A DNA stretch of 63,139 nt, the filler included, from Octopus bimaculoides (taxonomy: Eukaryota), in assembly GCF_001194135.2 (NCBI RefSeq). It is 7 parts of 5 records of this genome, joined end to end, with 100 filler letters (N's around TTAATTAATTAA, not from the genome) between each part and the next. Parts side by side here need not be neighbours in the genome. Positions count along the whole stretch, not along the records: positions 1 to 21,760 come from NC_069005.1; 6 more parts are not named here. One strand, 5' to 3'. The notes under the pieces are model-generated. The model saw only the letters and a program-made list of their open reading frames with translations. It was not told the DNA's origin and ran no database searches. Each line of letters opens with the position of its first letter. The stretch's first letter is position 1. Positions 1-13,372 of the stretch are shown piece by piece. A program made the translations under genes and the position numbers.

Positions 1-322
1 ATATATATACATACATACATACACACACACATCTATATCTGTATATCTGTCTGTCTGTCTGTCTCTATATATATATACCCACTCTCACCCACTATCTCTC
101 TCTCTCTCCCTCCTTCATGAAGTGATGCTGTCTGGATTTCATCTTAACCATTCTCACTGAATACCAGAGCAACATACCTGAGAAGTAGCTGTTATTTAAG
201 TTTCACTGATTCTATGCAAGTTTCCCAAAATTTATCTTTGAAACGTCTGCTCGTGTTGCCACTCAAACTTTGGCTTATGTTTCGATAGTGCTATTTTCTG
301 AGATTTGTTCAATTAATATTTA

Positions 323-360
<38 letters not shown>

Positions 361-1250
361 TGAGTGTTTGTGTGTATGTGTGTGTCTTGTGCTTTGTTTT
401 TGTTATTCCTCTCTCAGTAGTAATTATCTTCCATCTGTTTCTAACATAAGAAAACCTATTATTATGGAACTTTTATCTACTGAAATACTAAAATCTTGTG
501 TGTTAAAAATATTATCATTCATTTGATAAGATTTTTGCAAAATAAATGTAAAAAGAAAGAAAAGAAAAGAAAAGAAAAGAAATTTGATTTATTAAATGCA
601 AGCAGCTTGATATGGGTGGTCTTGTGCAGGTGGATTGGTAAGATGGTACCAGGGCTGTTTTTTTTTTTTTATGGTGGATGGATGCGTTGGTTGTTGAAAG
701 CGTTAACATTTAAGATTATCTAAAGTAGACATTCAACCCCTCACAAAAAAAAAAAAAAAATTATAAAAAAGATGTTTGATGTCCCTTGATTCATGTTAAT
801 TTAAACAGAACTGTCTCCTTGTTTTGGCAGCCACTTAATTCCTCTGACCAAATGTGTATTTTTATATATGCATAGTCGGTTGTGCTCTCTTGAAGAAGAT
901 CACACACACAAATATGTCAAGATACAGGCATATTCCAGAGAGTATATCAAAATTGGTGGTAGTCTTAGTAAGGTGTTTTTCATCAAAGTGTTCAACAGAT
1001 GTTCCCATACATACATATTGATTGTGCCAGTGCCAAGTAAAATACACTTGTGCTGATGCCACATAAGAACACCCATGCCAGTAGCATATAAAATGCACTC
1101 AGCACACCTTGTAAAGTGGTTGGCGGTAGGAAGGCCATGCCAAAAGAGACACTTGGAGCCTGGACAGCTCCTACCAAACCATCCAACCTATGCCAGCTTG
1201 GAAAATGGACATTAAACGACGATGATGATGATGATATATCTTTTATCTCT

Positions 1251-1461
1251 TCTTTGTTTCAGTCATGAGACTGTGGCCATGCTGGGGCACCACCTTGAAG
1301 AACTTTTAGTCGAATAAATTGTTCCCAGTCTTGTACTTATTCTATCTGTCTCTTTTGCTGAACTGCTAAGTTCTGGGGATGTAAACACATCAACATCGGT
1401 TGTCCAGCAGTGGTGGGGGACAAACAGAGCAGACACTAAAACATGCACACGCATATGAGTG

Positions 1462-1499
<38 letters not shown>

Positions 1500-1650
1500 A
1501 CAAGCTTCTTTGAGTTTCCATCTACCAAATCCACTCACAAGGCTTTGATTGGCTAGACTATAGTAGAAAACACTTACCCAAGGCGCCATGTTGAGGGACA
1601 GAACTCAGAACCATGTGGTTGGGAAGCAAATTTTTCACCACACAGCAATG
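1251..1650 (-). mobile_element. SINE family A, CpG-decayed copy
   Basis: Matches family A with many CG to TG/CA changes. Further copies at ~3170-3330, 28580-28750, 31670-31810, 35150-35780, 37900-38330, 41700-41990, 48375-48520 and 58660-58880. Confidence 0.8.
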
Positions 1651-1829
1651 TCTGCTTTGTCTATAAAGTGAAGGGCAGAGTCCTTAGTGAGCCAAGCCAG
1701 TATGCTCCTTTGGCTGTCCTGTTAGAACCATTGGGCCCCTTCTTTTAGGTGTATTCAGTCATTCATTGTAACTGATACATTAAAAGGCACTTCTTTCCCT
1801 GAAAACTTCAGTGGATTGGCAGAATTGTT

Positions 1830-2345
1830 AGAGTAGTGGACAAAATATCTTACAGTATTTATTCTGGCTCTTTACATTCTGAGTTCAAATCCCACTGAGG
1901 TCAACTTTAACCCTTCTTGGCTCAATAAAATGAGGTACCATTCAATTACTGGGGTTGATGGTATTGACTGGCCGATTGCTCTCAATATTGCTGGCCCTTG
2001 TGCCAATGAACTAGAACAATTGTTAGCACATTGGACAAAATGGTTAGCAGTATTTTTTCATGTTCTTTATGTTCAAATTCTTCTGAGTTGACTCTGTCTG
2101 TTATCTCTTTGAGGTTGATAAAAGAAGTACCAGTTAAGTACTGGGGTTGATGTAATGAACTTGCTCCCTCCCTGAAATTGCTGGCCTTGTGCTAAAATTT
2201 GAAACCATTATTATTAATGTTGTTCGACTTTTGCCTTTATTCCTTTCAGGTTAGATAAAATAACTACCAGTCATATACTGGGATCGATGTAACTGATTTG
2301 CCCCTTCTCTTAAAATTGCTGGCCTAGTGCCAAAAATTGAGTCAG
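1830..2345 (+). mobile_element. Three tandem decayed SINE family C copies
   Basis: The motif ...taccag..actgggg.tgatg...ctcc..aaattgctggcc..gtgc recurs three times (~1930-2005, ~2125-2200, ~2260-2335). Confidence 0.7.
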
Positions 2346-2376
2346 TTATTATTAATATTGTTTTTATTATTTTCAG

Positions 2377-2576
2377 ATGCCCTTTTGGCTGACCTGCAGT
2401 CTACAACCGCGCACATTTCGTCATTCCAGCAGCAACAGGCGGAACAGGAACAATACCAGAATCGGCGGCCAGACATAGTGAGTTCACAGTCGTCTCCGCG
2501 TACATCCACCCCATCACCTCTCCCCTCCCAGCTCACCGACCACAACGACACGTCACAGCTGAGGCGCAATGACAAA
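2377..2576 (+). CDS. pxn: Paxillin exon carrying most of LD1 (DALLADLQSTT...RRNDK); phase 1 in, phase 0 out
   Basis: Acceptor ttattattttcag (AG 2375-2376) and donor AAA|gtaagt at 2577. The translation matches paxillin LD1 (MDDL)DALLADL; the MDDL-G start exon must lie upstream of the window. Confidence 0.9.
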
Positions 2577-2710
2577 GTAAGTTAATCTTCTCATCCTCAA
2601 CATTGAAATAGTGACCAAATGGACAGACAAGACCAGGAAGCTGTTTTGTGTGCGTGCGTGTGGAGAAATAAAGTACTTACCTGATTCTAGCTTCTTTGCA
2701 GCTGAGATAG

Positions 2711-2884
2711 AAATTTTGAGGTCTCAGACACCTTAAAAGTAATCATTACTGCTTGGGATTAAATTTTAGACCCTCAGATTGCTTAGAAAATAATCATCTC
2801 TGTTTGGGACTTAATTGTAGGGGTTTGGATGTCCTCAAAACTAGTCATCCTTGTTAGGATTGAATATTAGGGTCTCTGATGACC
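2711..2884. repeat. Degenerate ~51-bp tandem repeat (about 3.5 units)
   Basis: Units start aaattttgag (2711), aaattttaga (2761), aattgtaggg (2813) and aatattaggg (2863), and share aa.taatcat...tgggatt. Confidence 0.5.
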
Positions 2885-3568
2885 CTTTTGTATTTTACCT
2901 CTTTTGTTTTGCACCTTCACTCCCAAACTCTTCCCCCAATCCTTCCTCTATCCAGAGCTGCAACCCTCTGGAGGTCATTTCACTTGTCTGGGAATGCCTG
3001 TTATAGGCCATTAGCTATGAATACTGCTCCTCATCATTCTCTAAATTATAATAAAATAAAATTCACTTTGAAATTCAGAAAGAATTCCGACCCCAGTCAT
3101 GTGACCCTGGGCTGTCTAATGACTGGCTTAATGTATGTAATGTCAAAACAAGCAAACACACACATGACAGGCTTCTTTCAGTTTCCATCTACCAACTCCA
3201 CTAGCAAGGCTTTGGTTAGCCTGGGGCTTTAGTAGAAGGTACTTGAGGCACCACACTCTGTGATTAGGAAGTAAACTCAAAGCTGTGTAGCCAGAAAGCA
3301 AACTTCTTAGCTGCAGTCACACATGCACCTCTAAGGTTCCTTGTGGGTATTTAGTGGTGTTTATATGGACCTAGATTATAAATTCCTGGTTGTTTCATTT
3401 ACTCACAATTGATTGACCCTGCAGATGTCCAGGTTGGTCACTGGTCACATCAACCTCACCAGTTTGGGTTTAGGCACTACCCTTCTTGTGCCAATGTTAT
3501 TAAAAATCTGTAAAATAACAATAGTACCCAATCTAATAATTGCGTATCTTTCTTTCCTCTAAATCCAG

Positions 3569-3980
3569 GCTCATGGGTGTTCCAGTTTGAAACAGCACAT
3601 TGCCCAAGAGAACTCCACTCACCATCACCACCATCACCATCATCATCATCATCAACAGCAGCAACAACAGCAGCATCATCACAGCTACAGCAGTGAAAGG
3701 ACATCTAGTAGCAGTAGCAACAGTGGTGCCACCTATCACCAGGAGAGAAGCAGTGCTAGTTCGACCCTTTCTCAATCCAGTCTGCCAGGACTCAGTCCTG
3801 TAGGTTACAACAAACCAATTGGATCTGGTTCGGTGAGCAGCGGCAGCAACAGCAGTCTTGGTGCCAACGCCAGTTCACAGATGTCGTCGACAATCAACAG
3901 CAACTTGTCAGAGCTTGACCAGCTCTTGCAGGATTTGAACTCTGCTCATTTCCTGGATGAAGTCAATCGTAGAACCAACT
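3569..3980 (+). CDS. pxn: Paxillin exon with His11-Gln7-His3 tract, YNKP motif and LD2 (MSSTINSNLSELDQLLQDLNSA); phase 0 in, phase 1 out
   Basis: Acceptor tttcctctaaatccag and donor AACT|gtgagt at 3981; in frame with the previous exon. LD2 closely resembles vertebrate SNLSELDRLLLELN (recalled). Confidence 0.9.
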
Positions 3981-4091
3981 GTGAGTCATTTCTCTTTTTG
4001 TTTTCTTCCAAAGAATTAAAATGACACAGCATGCATGTACGGTGCATATACACATTGTAAGCAGATTACACAAGTTCATATTAAGCTATCT

Positions 4092-4167
<76 letters not shown>

Positions 4168-5242
4168 GGAAAGGAAGTCCTGTTGTATTTCAAGCTAGGA
4201 GAGAAACATAGTTGTTTGGTCATCATTGATATATTTAATCAAGATATTTCCTTCATTATTGACAACATAATCTCATTTACTGGGCAAAATTTTGATCTCT
4301 AAAATGTAAAGTTTTTCAAGTTTTGAAGCAAAGAAACACTTGATATAATTTTTAACCTCTTCACTGTTTTCCGTCTAAATAATGTTGCAATGATTTGAAA
4401 AGATCATTGTCAGATGGAGCAAGACAAGGAGAATAAGGAGGATGAGGCAAAACTTGCATATTTAGTGCCATAATCTTTTACTGTGTGAGTTTGGCAATAT
4501 GTGGTCTTGTATTATCATGTAAGAACAACAGCTATTTACAGTTGAGCAATGATGGGTGCTTTTTCTGCAAATGTTGTGCAGTGCTTCCAATTGATGTCAA
4601 CATTTCTCTGCATTAATTGTTTCTTTTTAGTTTAACACTCCATGATAGACTTCACTCTTCATGTTTCACTAAATACAGAGCATAACTTTTTAGGTGTAGT
4701 CCTGGTTTGGGGATATATTCTCCATTTTTCATTGGATGCTAGCCATTGTGGTTTTCATTGGATATGATTATAAAGAACACACTTTTCATCATTTGTGATG
4801 ATTCTACTCAGAAAAGGCTCTGTAGTAAGTCTACTCTTCAATGACAAGCAGGGGGAAACTCTTTGGTTAATCTGAGATGCATTCAGATGATGAGGGACCC
4901 ACTGACCAAGTTTAGACACTTTTTCTAGTTTATGAAAGTGTTTTATGATCGAACTGTTTTGCTAATTTTCCTGCAATTTGCTATGGATTTTCCTCATCTA
5001 AGGTTATCAGTTTAACATTGACAGAATTTGGTTATCCAGATTGGGGGGAATCTGTGAGAGAAAAATTTCCCAAACAAAACTGGTCTAATTACCATTGGCA
5101 TTTTCTAGACATGCTACACATTTGAAACAGAAGCTTCATTTCCATTGTCAGAACAATTGTTTCTTGTTACTTCCATTACTGAAGAGCTTCATTTGAATTC
5201 ATGCAGCATGTTTGAAATGGGCCTGATCTTATTTCATTTTAA

Positions 5243-5457
5243 TTCTTTAGCACTTAAACCAGCCATGTCCAAATATTGCACCTGATTGTGATCAAACCTG
5301 CCAGATTTGGCCTCTCCCACATACTCTACAATGTCATTCTAGAAATAAACAATCACATTCATTAAAATTTTGAAGCTATGAGATAATGCACAATTAATTT
5401 AAAACTATGTGAATAAATAAGCATTACTTCTGACAGAGTAATTTGAATTCTAAAGGG
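5243..5457. mobile_element. piggyBac-like MITE
   Basis: TTAA|ttctttagca ... ttctaaaggg|ctaa: decayed CCCTTTAG TIRs and TTAA-like TSDs. Confidence 0.55.
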
Positions 5458-5647
5458 CTAAATAGGTAAAATCTTTACAAGTTCAACTGCTTTGATTTAA
5501 AATAACCTATGCTATAAAGAAAGAAAGAAAAGAAAGAAAGAATAAAAAATATTAGAAATTTTAATATCACTGTTAAGTAATAAAAAAGTACCACCAAAGT
5601 GACTGTCAAAAATGTGACATGATTTCCTTTCCAACTTAATATATGTA

Positions 5648-5688
<41 letters not shown>

Positions 5689-6126
5689 CATGTACTTACT
5701 AATATGCAAACATGCATCACATAGAAATAGTAACCAAATTTCCCTCAACTCACACTGTGTCATCTTAAAAAAAGAGGGAGTGTAAGTATTTTTAGATGCA
5801 CTTTGTGAAATAGAAGTAGAAAGATGGGGTGGTCACCGAGGGAACAACTTTGATCAGAGTTCTGTTCAATCTAAGTCAACTATCATCATTGTCATCATCA
5901 TCATCACCATCGTTATCATCATCTCATCAGTATTATCATCATCATCATCATAATCGTCATTGTTGTCACCATCATCACTACCACTAGTACTGTCATCGTC
6001 ATCATTACCAATGTAAACAAATTTCTTAAACAAAAGCAACAAAATAAACTAAATATTATAATTTCTGATATATATATTTTTTTTATTTTCATTGATCATA
6101 TTCTTTTTTTCTTTCTACAACTGCAG

Positions 6127-6322
6127 CTAATCAATCTCAGTTTGTTAATGGAAACTCCCAAAGGGTGGTCACATCTCCTGGCCAAGTTCCATCATCAACT
6201 GGTAGCCAATCTGTTCAACCCCCAGTTGCCCCAAAACCAAACCGTGTCGAAACCAACAACAGAGCTAATGTAGATGCCATGTTGCACGAACTGGACCATG
6301 GAGTCCCGCCCCCTCCCGTTGG
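6127..6322 (+). CDS. pxn: Paxillin exon with Pro-rich PPVAPKP and third LD-like motif (NVDAMLHELD); phase 1 in, phase 2 out
   Basis: Acceptor ttctttctacaactgcag and donor GG|gtaagt at 6323. T+CT gives Ser and the frame stays open. The motif resembles Drosophila Pax SVDSLLKELD (recalled). Missed by the ORF track because there is no start codon. Confidence 0.85.
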
Positions 6323-7113
6323 GTAAGTTCTCTAAGCCACGCCCACCTTTGATTTCATTGGCTGGTTGTTGTTAGTGTCTGAATTCTTGTTTTTTTATTT
6401 TTGGTCTTGATATTTCTTTCTTTTTTTTGCTTTTCTTTTTCCATCTTTGCTAATGTCTGAGAATTCTTCAGGCTGTGTTCTCTTGAAAGTCAGGAATGAT
6501 GCAGCCAATAGATCACCAGGGTTAAGGTGCCTCATGATGATAATTTCTTAAAGTGCCTAACTGAGGCACCTCAACATATCTACATGAGGTGCTTCATGAT
6601 GGATATTTTTTAATATTTCATAATTATATTTTTTGTTTGTTCCACCACCATTTTTGTTTACACATTCAGTAAAATGAAAATCATTTATATACACTGCAGA
6701 TATGGATGGGGTTTAGCTGGCTCTGTCACCCTTACATTTTCAAGCAGAAATTGAGTTGGGTGTATCAGTGCTTCCATAGATCTTTGTGTAATAATGTCTT
6801 GCTGTCTTGGGTAAATGCTTCATGACAGATAATCCACTTAAATCCATTTGGAGATTTGTTTTTTTTTTGTATTTTTGTATTATTTTTTTGTTTTTATGTC
6901 ATTTAGTTATTAGTTAGTACCATCCAATTGTTTGGAGATCTTCTCTAGTGTTCTAGACGTGTGTGATTTGTAAAATTGATGTGATTGATGGATAACCTGA
7001 ACATATGCGAATCAATGCCATCAGTGGAAAATTTGGATGAGAAGAAAAAAGAAAGGTCTGGGGTGTGTGTGTGTGTGCACGCGCGCGCACCTGCGTGCAT
7101 GTACAATAAATAA

Positions 7114-7170
<57 letters not shown>

Positions 7171-7537
7171 AATAATATGTGGCAATTATTCGGTAGCCAT
7201 GATAAAACTTTGAGTTTCGGATGTCGGGACGGAAATCCACACCATACCTTGTAGTGTGCCATTGAAAGCCCATAAACTGTATTTCAGCCACCTGATGTCA
7301 TCAGCAGAGTATGGATGTAAATGCCACTGGAGTTACTTCAGGAATTCCTTTGGATCCATCAGGTCTATAAAATATGAGAGAAAGAAAATGAAATCCCTGA
7401 GACTCTTTATTATTCACTATGATCATTTTGACCCATCATGCACCTGTGTTTCATGGGTGAAATGCTGTACAAACACTTGTGGTGTATCAAAGGTGCAGAT
7501 GTCTCATCAGGTCACAAGTCACCTGACAACACACATC

Positions 7538-7568
<31 letters not shown>

Positions 7569-8849
7569 CAATCAACACAGAAAATTGGAAAAACTTTTTG
7601 GTATTATTTATTCCTCATTAAACATGCTTCTCATTACTAATAGTAGTTCTATAGGTATACATGTAGAAAGACATGTAAGACATCTCCTATTTGTAATTCT
7701 TTAGACTGGGAACTACAATAATGAGGATGCAGCTTGGATTGTAACCCTATCTACTTACTTTCTGCTCAAATATTATCTACTTCATTATACATTGCCCCCC
7801 CCCCACTTGTGTGTGTGTATGTATGTAGATTAGCAGCCATTACTCAGTTTCATTGTTACACAAATATATGTTTAATCATTCAGATCTTCATGTTGAGCAA
7901 GAGTAATGCTCATTGAGCTCATTAACTGCTAATCTACATAATATATTAACTGGTCTTTGCATACAAACTTGTATACATATATGTATGTTTCTACATATGT
8001 ATATACCTGTGTGTGTATGTGCATATGTTTGTATGTACATGTGTATGTGGGTATGTATATATGTATGGACATACACATGTATATATGTATGTACATTCAT
8101 TCATTTGTCCTTTTGGGTTTGCAATTATTTGTAATCTTCCTGTAAGAAGAGAGCTGATTTCTAACAAAGAGACAAAGCTCTATTGTTGAAATGTAGATAA
8201 CAAAACAAACTCGCATAACCTAGTAGTGAGGGTATTAACCTAATGAGCATAAGATTATGGGTTTAATCCCTGGACGGGGCAGTGCATTATTTCACGTTAC
8301 CCCAGTCTTCTCATCTGAAAATGAGTACCAGTCGAGTACTTGTGCAGGTCCCTCCCCTCTAGCTGTCACATCCAAAATGCTCCAGTAGGTCAAGGAGTTT
8401 TGAAAAATGTCAATAAAAGAAAAAGGGATTAGTGAGGCATTGATGCTGAGGTTTTTGTGTTGGCTTGAGTAAAATATGGGTATTAGTTGGGTTTGCTTTC
8501 AATTTTAGTTCCTTATAAAAATATGTAGTAGTGATGTTGTGGTGTTCATCCCTTAATAAAAAAAGAGTCCTTGTGTATGCATTTAATATCATGTATCTGT
8601 GTGAACTGTAGGGATCATTAGTTATGGGTCTATTGTATATTCAGTGTCGAGATTGAGAAAGGAGTGTCTGTACAACTTGGGCAGAACAAAATACTACATG
8701 GTATTCAAAGTATTAGTTTTTGAATTTTTCTTGCTGATGTTTGTGGTTTAAACACACACACACACACACACACATCATTATGTATATATATGTGCATATA
8801 CATATATGTATGTATATAAATACACATATATGTACACATACACACATAT

Positions 8850-9513
8850 CACCATCATCATCATTTAGTGTCCATTGCTCATGCTGGCATGGGTTGGATG
8901 GTTTGACCAGGGCTGGTAAGCTGAGGGGCTGCCTCAGCTTACCAGCCCTGTGACCAGACTCTAGTTTGATTTGGCATGGTTTCTATGGCTGGATACCCTT
9001 CCTAATGCCAACCACTCCAAGAGTGTAATAGGTGCTTTTACGTGCCACCGGCACGGGTGTCAGTTTGCATGGCACCAATATCTGTCACAACTACGATTTC
9101 ACTTGGCTTGATGGATCTTCTTCTCAAGCATGTCACTTGTCATTGCCTCTATGAGGCCCAGTGTTCAAAAGGTGCTTTTTACGTGCCACTGGTACTAGTT
9201 ATGCAACACCAGCATCGCCCACATTGCCACCATGAGGCCCAACACTTCAAAGGTGATTTTTACGCCCCACTGATATGGGTGTCAGTTACGTGACACCAAC
9301 AATGACCACAGCTATGATTTCGCTTGGCTTGATGTGTCTTCTCAAGCACAGCATATTGCCAAAAATATCAGTCACTAGTCATTACCTACGTGAGGCCAAA
9401 CATTTGAAGATCATGCTTCACCACCTCATCCCCTGTCTTCGTGGATCTCCCTCTTGCACAGCTTCCTTTCACTGGTAGAGATCAACACTTCTTCACACAA
9501 CAGTCCACATCCA
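8850..9513 (-). mobile_element. RTE-type LINE 3' end with 3' UTR and (GAT)n tail
   Basis: The minus strand gives CARGRSTKTGDEVVKHDLQMFGLT...WQYAVLEKT, then the shared tail CAACCCATGCCAGCATG...AATGATGATG. A similar peptide remnant lies at ~12180-12330. Confidence 0.75.
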
Positions 9514-10237
9514 TATGCACACACACACACACACAATCATATGTATACACATACATTCATACTCACACACATCCATAGATACATATACACACACAATATA
9601 CTTTTCAATCAAAAGGCACAGGTTGATACAAAGGAAGAAAATACTTGCCCGGGTGCCTCACAGAGGGATTGAACACAACACCTCATGGTTGAGAAGCAAG
9701 CATTTTAACCACATAACCATCTTTGAGTTCATATGTTTTAAAAAATTTCTACATTTCAGTTCTGTTATATAACAAACTGTTCGTTTCATTGCATCCTCCT
9801 TTTAATTTTTGTCTGTAGATTCAATAGATTTAATTTATTTCTGAGATAAGAAATGATCATTATTATACATTGATCTATTCAAACTGGCTTCCTTGTCCTC
9901 ATCTTTGTTTTTTGTTTTTTGTTATGGTGGCAACATTTCAGCTATTGTATTCTCCAGCTTTCATCAGGTGCCATATTCAGTAACATTCCAAGAATTTCAA
10001 ACCAAATCCTTAATTAGTCATTGTGTTACCATATTTCTGTTGAAACCTTTGTTTCAACTAATTTGGAAAATAATGAAGAATTTATCAAAATAACTCTGTT
10101 GCTATGAAGCTGGTATTTAGAACATAAATTAACATGAAATTTTGATGGAAGGTCTTAATGTTGATCTTTTTAAAATAGGAAATTTGTTTCATAGAATTAG
10201 GGGTAGTTTTCAGATGGATTGGTACCAGAAGAGTTAA

Positions 10238-10460
10238 CCCTTTTGTTACCATATTTCTGTTGAAATAAACTACGTTTGTTTCTGTTAATTTTGAGAATAA
10301 TTAAGAATTTAGTGAAATAACTTTGTTAATTTAAGTTCCAGATACAATATTAACGATTTAGTATTTTGCTAGAAGGTTTTAATTTGGATATCTTTAATAC
10401 AGGAAGTTTTTATCAGAGATCCAGAGTGGCCTCATATGAGTTGGTATGGTATTAAAAGGG
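10238..10460. mobile_element. piggyBac-like MITE
   Basis: TTAA|CCCTTTTGTTACCA ... TGGTATTAAAAGGG|TTCA. A related partial copy lies at ~10020-10170. Confidence 0.65.
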
Positions 10461-11152
10461 TTCAATCTATAGATATCTGAAGAAGATAGAAGTGGAACAA
10501 CAGCTGAAACATTGTTGGGGACAATATTTTGCCAGATGAGGACATAATCTGAATACATCAATGTATGATAATGCATTTTTTAGTTTAGTTTTTGTTAAAT
10601 TTTTGCTATATTTATTGTTGCTTTCCATTATTGAATATTGCTTGGCTTTTAAACTAATGTATTTTATGAATTTATACAGTGGAATTAAGTGTCTCTTTCC
10701 AGAACACATCATATGTATAGTGTTAGTAAATGTTTGCTAAGCATCATCATCAGAGAGCAATCACTATATTGAAACAATGGTGACAATGATTATTTCTCTC
10801 TCTTTCTCTCTCTCATTTATTCTTAATAAGTTCTGGCAGATTCAAACATGAATAGGCTAATCATTGTTGTATTTTGTCAGTGGAAAACGCTTCACTTTTA
10901 TGAAAAATATGTGTTTATAATACACTCGCTTCATTTGCATAAAGGATTCTGGTACAGCTGGTGTTTCAACATTGTTGTGTCTTGTCAGCCAGAAGCACAC
11001 TCAGACTAATGAATCTAACAAAAGCCAATGGTCTTGTTATAATTTCAGTGAGCATTTTCTTTGCAGATCCATACTGATACTGCTAACTGATAACAAAGCA
11101 AGAAGTTCACTGTTCCCAGTGCATATAACAATTTATTTCACGCACGCACACG

Positions 11153-11193
<41 letters not shown>

Positions 11194-11343
11194 TCATTAT
11201 CATTATCATTTGACGTCTATCTTCCATGCTGGCATTGGTGGGACACTTTGACCGGATCCTTTCAGTTAGAGGATTGTGTCATGTTCCAGTACTTGTTTTG
11301 GCATGATTTCTACAACTGGATACTGTTCTTAATGTAATATGTA

Positions 11344-11374
<31 letters not shown>

Positions 11375-12407
11375 TATCATCATTTTACATCAGCTCTTCA
11401 TTCTGGTATGGGTTTGATAGATCATTGTGGTCTATGTCAATGCCTGTTTGGAGTTACTGCTCTTCTGGCTGGATTGGTGGGCTATGTCTTGGTATGGCTT
11501 CAAAGCTGGATGCCTTTCCTTGCACCAACCACTTTACAGAATGTATTGGATGTGTCTTATTGTGACACCAGCACTAGAGAGGCTGCCTTCTTCTGTGCAA
11601 GATTAGGAAGTCCTGTCTATGTTGTCCCAGTTCTTTCAGAGCAAATATGACAGGAAGAGAGAATGGTGGGCAAGACTGAAAGGAGAATGAGTGGTGAGAA
11701 AGAAAACTGTGTTGTAGGAAGAGGATGGTAGGGAGAAGAAGAAATGGAAAAGAGACAGTGTGAGCAATATTTTAGTTACTGGTGAGGAACTCATAACATG
11801 GGTAGCATGATGGGGTAACAATTAAAATGGGAGATGGTAAAAGAGCATGTGTGATGGATAATGATAGAGATGGGCAATGGTAATTGAAAGTGGTAAATGC
11901 CAAAGAAGAGAGGTATGGACGAGAAAGTGATGATTAGAGCTGAATATGGGTGGTAGTAGGATGTACTAGATATGAACAGATTTGATGCCCTTGTTACCCA
12001 AGTATTGTAATAGAAGTGAGGAAGAATAATAGAGAGATAATAGTAGGTGGAAGCAAGATTGTTATAAAGGATGGTGGTGGCAGGAATGAATACTAACAGA
12101 TCAGTTACCATTCCTCTTTAAACAGACAACAATAATACATTGAATACGAGATGTGCCATCACAGTCACCATTTTGGCAGGTTTGCACTGATGGCTGGTCT
12201 TCTATAGCACCACATATTACTACTTGTTACAGTCCTTTGTCATTTTATGTGGGTCAGCTTTTTGAGATCCCTTTTCACCACCTTGTCACATGTCTTCTTA
12301 GGGCTCTCTTTTGGACAGTGTGTGTAAAGTGGTTGGTTACAGGAACACTACCCAACTGTTCAACTCCTATTTAAAACACATGCCATACACTATATCAAAG
12401 ATTGATG

Positions 12408-12470
<63 letters not shown>

Positions 12471-13332
12471 GGATATTACAAGTAACATGACACGTGGCAA
12501 GACAATTCCAACCCATGCCAGCATGGAAAAACAGAGATAAAATGATGATAATAATGATTATATATACAATCTTACATACACAGAAAAATATATACATGCA
12601 CACAGATACACATAATGCTAGTAAAACAGCAACATAAATATTGCAAGGAATGTTTTCGCAAACTTTGTTTGATTGACTGGAGGTAGGGAGGGAGGGAGAG
12701 AGAGAGAGATAATCGACTCATATTATTATTCTATGTTATCTTTCTTTATACATTATGAAACCCAAAAGGAATCTGTATATTTTGGCAGCACTGTTTCATT
12801 AATGTATTTACTAAGATAGTTATGGCTAGCCATTGTATGTCATAGTAACAAGTTTATTTATCATTTTAATAATAATCATAATAATTATTATTAGGAGTAA
12901 AAGTATTAGTTTTGTTTTTGTGAAAAACTTAGATAAATTTCTCAGTTTGCAGTAGGTTAAGAATCTAACATAGCAAAGCAATAAGAACTTCAAGGTTATA
13001 TTTTCAATCTGTGATAATTCCAGTACCAGTGAACCAATGAACAACCAAATGACTGCTCTACTGACCGAGGAAGATATCCAAATTTTCAGAGTACTAATGG
13101 TTAACTTGTTAATTAGTTAACACTTGTTAACTAGCTGTGTTTAAGAAAATATACAGTGCAGAGATAGGAAATAAAATGTATATCAAAATGGATGGATAGA
13201 TACATACATAGATACACTTGTATGTATATCTATGTATATACACTGGGTCTATGCATACACACTGGGTATAAATATTTTGTAAAAAAGAACAAGAATATTT
13301 AGTAAAAATGTAATGTGTGAGATTTGTGTATA

Positions 13333-13372
<40 letters not shown>

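Noticed and set aside
270-305. Minus-strand ATAG-ca-CTAT-C-GAAAC hammerhead-like fragment
   Set aside because: The CUGANGA strand and the UH cleavage site are both mutated.
7270-7314. Minus-strand CTGATGA...GAAA with CCATA/TATGG arms
   Set aside because: Stem II does not pair and 5 extra nt separate stem I from the core; at best a decayed relic.
13024-13099. Possible exon TSEPMNNQMTALLTEEDIQIFR, open in phase 2
   Set aside because: The polypyrimidine tract is weak and the available donors (13091, 13100) are phase 0, which would frameshift the 16606 exon.
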